DNA of 64,000 nucleotides from Candidatus Enterousia sp. (GTDB lineage Bacteria; Pseudomonadota; Alphaproteobacteria; Rs-D84): NCBI GenBank assembly GCA_045546195.1, contig JAZQCH010000002.1, positions 23,328 to 87,327 of the forward strand, read 5' to 3'. Shown piece by piece: positions 59,814 to 64,000 of this stretch (position 1 is its first letter; each line of letters starts with the position of its first letter). The notes under the pieces were generated by a model. It saw only the letters and a program-made list of their open reading frames with translations, ran no database searches and was not told where the DNA came from. The position numbers and the translations under genes were made by a program.

Positions 59814-60938
59814 TTACAATTCTGTCAACGGCCATCGTGGGCGCGGCGCAATCGGCTCTCGCACGATACGCCCAACCCTATAATTTTCCAGTCCCGCCCA
59901 CGCAATCATCGCACCATTATCCGTACACAGATTCATCGGTGGTGCTGCGAATACCATGTTGTTTTTATTCGCCAACTTTTCCATTGCCGCACGAATTGCG
60001 CTGTTTTTCGCAACACCGCCCGCCACCACCAGTGTCTTTGGCGATGCCGCCCGCACACGCGCATCCGCCATTGCATTGTTCAATCGATTAACAATACAAT
60101 CTACAACCGCCGCCTGGAACGATGCGCAAAAATCATTTATATACACATCCGTCAACGGCAATTCCGCCCGACTTAAAAAGGTACGCGCCGCGGTCTTGAT
60201 ACCACTGAACGAAAAATCACACCCCGGTTTATCACACAGCGGGCGCGGGAAATCAAACGCACGCGGATTTCCACTTTGCGCACGCGCGTCCACAATCGGC
60301 CCACCCGGATACCCCAGTCCCAACATCTTGGCAACCTTGTCATAGGCTTCGCCCGCACTGTCATCCAATGTCTGTCCAATCAACTCGTACTGCCCAACGC
60401 CACGCACCAACAAAATCTGACAATGTCCACCCGATGCCAGCATCAGCAAATATGGAAATTCAACCGACATCGACGCACCTGCGCCATCTGCGCGCGTCGC
60501 ACACAAACGCGGAACCAACGCGTGTCCTTCCAGATGATTTACCGCAATCAATGGTTTGCCTGTCGATTGCGCAATCCCCGTGGCCGCCATCCAACCAACC
60601 AAAACACCCCCAATCAATCCAGGCCCCGCCGTCGCCGCCACAACATCAACATCATCAATTGTTTTACCTGCCTTGTCCAGTGTCTGTTTGATTACCGCAT
60701 CAATTGCCAAAATATGGGCGCGCGCCGCCAATTCCGGCACAACACCACCGTATTTCTGATGTTCTGGAATCTGTGAATATATAATATGCGCCAACACATT
60801 ACGATTACTGTCCACCAACGCCGCCGATGTTTCATCACACGATGATTCGATACCCAAACACAGCACTGCGTCATCCACACCCCGGTCACTGCCCAACGTT
60901 CCCATATCCATACAAATTACTTTTTCATCGTTCTTCAT
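59814..60938 (-). CDS. tsaD: tRNA threonylcarbamoyltransferase TsaD
   Basis: LGIESSCDETS, GGVVPELAARAH, NHLEGH, SGGH, DDSAGEAYDK, CTDNGAMIA. Confidence 0.97.
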   Translation of the reverse strand: MKNDEKVICMDMGTLGSDRGVDDAVLCLGIESSCDETSAALVDSNRNVLAHIIYSQIPEHQKYGGVVPELAARAHILAIDAVIKQTLDKAGKTIDDVDVVAATAGPGLIGGVLVGWMAATGIAQSTGKPLIAVNHLEGHALVPRLCATRADGAGASMSVEFPYLLMLASGGHCQILLVRGVGQYELIGQTLDDSAGEAYDKVAKMLGLGYPGGPIVDARAQSGNPRAFDFPRPLCDKPGCDFSFSGIKTAARTFLSRAELPLTDVYINDFCASFQAAVVDCIVNRLNNAMADARVRAASPKTLVVAGGVAKNSAIRAAMEKLANKNNMVFAAPPMNLCTDNGAMIAWAGLENYRVGRIVREPIAPRPRWPLTEL

Positions 60939-61624
60939 TTTATTTCCACCAACGCTATCCCCAGATTTTGTTTATTCTTCATCCGTTGTCGCACATAGGC
61001 ATCCATATCCACATCAACAACCATGCCATGAACACTGGATGCGTGTCGCAACTTTCCATTTGGCAACCACCACCCCATATGAACAACCGCCAAATCCGTA
61101 CCTATTGTATCACGAAAATTCGGGTTGTCAGTAATAAACAGCACAATCATCGGCTGGTCAATTTTAACATCTTGAACGAACCTGTACGGTATATATTCTA
61201 AATCAACAACCACTGACGGCACATCAACATCAATCCCATGAACCACCTTGAACCAGTTTGCTTTGTCTATCACCACACGCCGTATATCAGTCGGCGCATA
61301 TTTTGCGCTAGCATTTTGAACAATATCAGAATTATTCCGCATCCAATCAGATTCAATAAAATGATTACGCGTCAAAAACCCCACATTACCATTTTCATAT
61401 CGAATTTGATTCAGGCAACACTCGCACCCATCTGCCAACACTGTTTCCACGAACGTCGTACAGTCAAACGCATCAAATCGAATTAACGGTCCATCATCGG
61501 GCAGGGCACATTCCCCCAACGGCGATTCAACATATCGCGCCCCTAAAAAAGACTGACCGGGGTATTCAGTGTCACCACCAACACACCCGGCCAGAATAAA
61601 AAGCACCAATCCCCTGCGCCACAT
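60935..61624 (-). CDS. DUF1460 amidase-like lipoprotein (permuted NlpC/P60)
   Basis: Lipobox LAGC, FLGARY, FDCTTFVE, RNHF..DW, VVHMG, RHASS. Confidence 0.85.
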   Translation of the reverse strand: MWRRGLVLFILAGCVGGDTEYPGQSFLGARYVESPLGECALPDDGPLIRFDAFDCTTFVETVLADGCECCLNQIRYENGNVGFLTRNHFIESDWMRNNSDIVQNASAKYAPTDIRRVVIDKANWFKVVHGIDVDVPSVVVDLEYIPYRFVQDVKIDQPMIVLFITDNPNFRDTIGTDLAVVHMGWWLPNGKLRHASSVHGMVVDVDMDAYVRQRMKNKQNLGIALVEIK

Positions 61625-61626
61625 AT

Positions 61627-61932
61627 TTACAAATTATCTTTCATCTGAATCCCTGTCAGGCACAACGACATCGCGTCACGAATTGCCATTTCGCCACTGT
61701 CTGGCAACTGCGCCATCTTATTCACGCACGCCACCAACAAATCAACATCTTTATCTGCCCCTGCCAAAATCTGTGCCGCCGCCACACGCCGTTCCACCGA
61801 CGCTGCGCGCCAATCCTTTAAAACACCTGTTTCTAACGCGCTGCTGCGCTGGGCAAAAAAGAACATCACCACAACAAAAATCAGCACACACACACCGATA
61901 AAAAATTTAAAGTACTTCTTGATAAAGTTCAT
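61627..61932 (-). CDS. Hypothetical membrane-anchored protein (101 aa)
   Basis: N-terminal TM, ATGA overlap with the upstream gene. Confidence 0.75.
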   Translation of the reverse strand: MNFIKKYFKFFIGVCVLIFVVVMFFFAQRSSALETGVLKDWRAASVERRVAAAQILAGADKDVDLLVACVNKMAQLPDSGEMAIRDAMSLCLTGIQMKDNL

Positions 61933-62324
61933 CTTACATCCTCCTGTTGTAAACTTAACATCAATTCCGCGAATCTTCCATGTGCCTTACGGGCATGCAC
62001 CAACAAATCCGCATCTGTTATTTGTTGTACCTCTTTCTGATAAACAACCCTGTCCACAAAAATTTTCGTTGGCGTATTAGTGTACCAAAAACCATCATGA
62101 GTTTTTTCACACGCAATATCCTTGGCGCTGACCATATAAATCGTCGTCCACACACAATGCGGGTCCAGTGGTCCAACGCGTTGCGATTCTATCAGCATCT
62201 GCCGCGCCTTTTCCCGGGTTGAACACACCCAAACGCGCGAATCAACATTTGACCAGGCTTCACCTACGCGATGCACACAATTCGAATTCCCCAGCATATA
62301 TCCAGTCATATTTTTCAGTTTCAC
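61929..62324 (-). CDS. Hypothetical protein (131 aa)
   Basis: Fills the gap in the operon, SD AGGGG, GTG start. Confidence 0.7.
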   Translation of the reverse strand: MKLKNMTGYMLGNSNCVHRVGEAWSNVDSRVWVCSTREKARQMLIESQRVGPLDPHCVWTTIYMVSAKDIACEKTHDGFWYTNTPTKIFVDRVVYQKEVQQITDADLLVHARKAHGRFAELMLSLQQEDVR

Positions 62325-62336
62325 ACCCCAACCCCT

Positions 62337-62690
62337 TTATTCACACTTAACCAACCACACATCATAGTCCGGATGTTGTAACGGATTTTGCCCGGGTTCA
62401 TTACGACTCATCCAATTACTAAAAATACGCCCTTTGTCCATCTCTGATATTTCAACGAACCCCCAGAAATCTTCGGCATCAAACGGGTCAGACTGCATAC
62501 ATGCGCGCACATTAACAAACAGTTTTTCGAACTGTACTTCGTCACCCACAGGAATCTTAACCTCATAAACCTTGCCGGCGTCTTTGTTCATAACACGAAC
62601 AACCGCCACATCCCGATTAACATATGCCGCCGCCACACCGGGCAGGGCACATACAAAAACAAACCAAGCGATAATTTTTTTCATACCCAT
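62337..62690 (-). CDS. DUF2155 domain secreted protein
   Basis: Signal peptide; VRVMNK..G, VRAC, IFSNWM, LQHPDYDVWLVKC. Confidence 0.88.
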   Translation of the reverse strand: MGMKKIIAWFVFVCALPGVAAAYVNRDVAVVRVMNKDAGKVYEVKIPVGDEVQFEKLFVNVRACMQSDPFDAEDFWGFVEISEMDKGRIFSNWMSRNEPGQNPLQHPDYDVWLVKCE

Positions 62691-62740
62691 ACTTTACCCC
62701 CGCCGCCACACAATGTCAATTTATTAAACACCACAAATTA

Positions 62741-62768
62741 TTGACAAACGCGCTTTGTGTATTATAAT
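62741..62768 (+). promoter_or_regulatory. Consensus sigma70 promoter, probably leaderless transcript
   Basis: TTGACA-N16-TATAAT, ATG 7 nt downstream, no SD. Confidence 0.7.
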
Positions 62769-62775
62769 TTATCTT

Positions 62776-63693
62776 ATGAAAGACATAACACCGACCGTGC
62801 GTCGCGCCATTAACAAAGTACAAAACCCCAGATTGGCTGAACAAGACTATCTGGAATGCGCTGTATTGGACGCGCTGTTCAGCAATGACTATATCAGCGA
62901 AAACTTTATATTCACAGGCGGCGCGACCCTGTCAAAATCATACAGCATTGGCGGCCGTATCGGGCGCGACATTGATTTGGCCCTGGTCAACTTTACCGAC
63001 ATCCCCCGCGACCACAGCCAAAAACAACTGGGCAATTTCAAGAAACGCTTTAAACGTTTCACCTTTGGCGAATTGCGGGACAAGATTGCGTCAATCATCA
63101 ACACAAACGGTCGCTTTGAAATTATCACAGACCACGATTGGCCGTCCCCTGAAAACATGGAACGCCGGACATCATCGCCTGCGCTGCACATGCTGTACCA
63201 ATCTGAATTCGGCACTGGCCATCTGTGTATCGAAGTAATGCCGCGCCACTATCGCGCATCGGCAATAACATGTCGCGCACTGTTGCCATATTCAATGAAC
63301 ACCCCACTGGGCTGCATCCCAACTGTATCATACGAACAAACTTTCTGGGACAAAGTATTCGCGCTACACTCTAACGCACACAGCACCAAACCACACTGTG
63401 ACAAATCATATTCACGCCACTATTACGATGTTGCGGTATTGACACCATTTATCGACCTGGATAAAACACACGACTTATTATCAGACACAATCGAATACCA
63501 AACGCGTCACACGACCAAGCAAATCAATTTAACCGCCGCGCGCGACGCGATAATTATCCCAGACGATAAAACCCTTTATAAACTGTCTGACGATTACTAT
63601 GCGATGTCCGGTACTTTTATCGAACCGCAAACATCCTGGAACACAATCGTCCAGACCCTACAAAACCTGAACCAAGATTTTAAATCACTATAA
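62776..63693 (+). CDS. AbiEii/AbiGii-family nucleotidyltransferase
   Basis: EQDY, FTGGATLSKSY...RDIDL, EQTFWDKVFALH, SRHYYDV. Confidence 0.85.
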   Translation: MKDITPTVRRAINKVQNPRLAEQDYLECAVLDALFSNDYISENFIFTGGATLSKSYSIGGRIGRDIDLALVNFTDIPRDHSQKQLGNFKKRFKRFTFGELRDKIASIINTNGRFEIITDHDWPSPENMERRTSSPALHMLYQSEFGTGHLCIEVMPRHYRASAITCRALLPYSMNTPLGCIPTVSYEQTFWDKVFALHSNAHSTKPHCDKSYSRHYYDVAVLTPFIDLDKTHDLLSDTIEYQTRHTTKQINLTAARDAIIIPDDKTLYKLSDDYYAMSGTFIEPQTSWNTIVQTLQNLNQDFKSL

Positions 63694-63708
63694 CCCACGG
63701 GGGCAAAA

Positions 63709-64000
63709 ATGGCTAAGTTTGTATTTTCCGACCCACACTTTGATTCAGAATCTATTATCAAGAACGGCAACCGCCCATTTAAGTCTGTCGCCGAAATGAA
63801 CGCCACCTTAATCAAAAACTACAACGCCACCATCGGCAAACAAGACATCTGTTATTGGCTAGGCGACATCATGTACGGCGCGACCAAAGAAAAGGTTTCA
63901 AACATTTTACGCCACTTGCGTGGTCGCAAATACCTGATTATGGGCAACCACGACCGCGGTCATTCTGCGACATGGTGGTTATCATGCGGTTTTGACCGCG
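63709..64000 (+). CDS. Calcineurin-like metallophosphoesterase (runs off the window end)
   Basis: My translation: MAKFVFSDPHF...RPF...EMN..LIKNYN...YWLGD...LIMGNHD. Confidence 0.88.
   Translation, partial: MAKFVFSDPHFDSESIIKNGNRPFKSVAEMNATLIKNYNATIGKQDICYWLGDIMYGATKEKVSNILRHLRGRKYLIMGNHDRGHSATWWLSCGFDR

Noticed and set aside
61929-62324. ADP-ribosyltransferase-like fold for the 131-aa ORF (VWVCST..KA...IYMV)
   Set aside because: Similarity is too weak to support without a profile search

Overview
64-kb chromosomal segment of an alphaproteobacterium. The addA, tol, DUF2155, TipN-like and XRE genes are alphaproteobacterial types; the compact layout and giant Cys-rich genes suggest a reduced, host-associated lineage such as Rs-D84/'Ca. 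Enterousia' (inference only). Most of the window is housekeeping: split addA, recN, gpmI, tig, rsmH, dnaE, secA, ruvB-ybgC-tolQRA, a two-component pair, argS, dnaK, rpsP-rimM-trmD-rplS, tRNA-Gly(CCC), pfk, xseA, tsaD. Notable extras: (i) two paralogous giant secreted Cys-rich proteins (~2995 and 2200 aa) with InlB B-repeat-like modules; (ii) seven unrelated accessory genes inserted among core genes that all end in [KND]-[QTVK]-R-stop encoded by (A/C)GA-T(A/G)A, a candidate C-terminal sorting signal or insertion signature; (iii) an ~880-bp intergenic cluster of several, partly nested, palindromic repeat families; (iv) a structured leader upstream of rpsP; (v) an AbiEii-like nucleotidyltransferase without an adjacent antitoxin, followed by a metallophosphoesterase. 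No CRISPR array, rRNA, transposase or integrase is visible.
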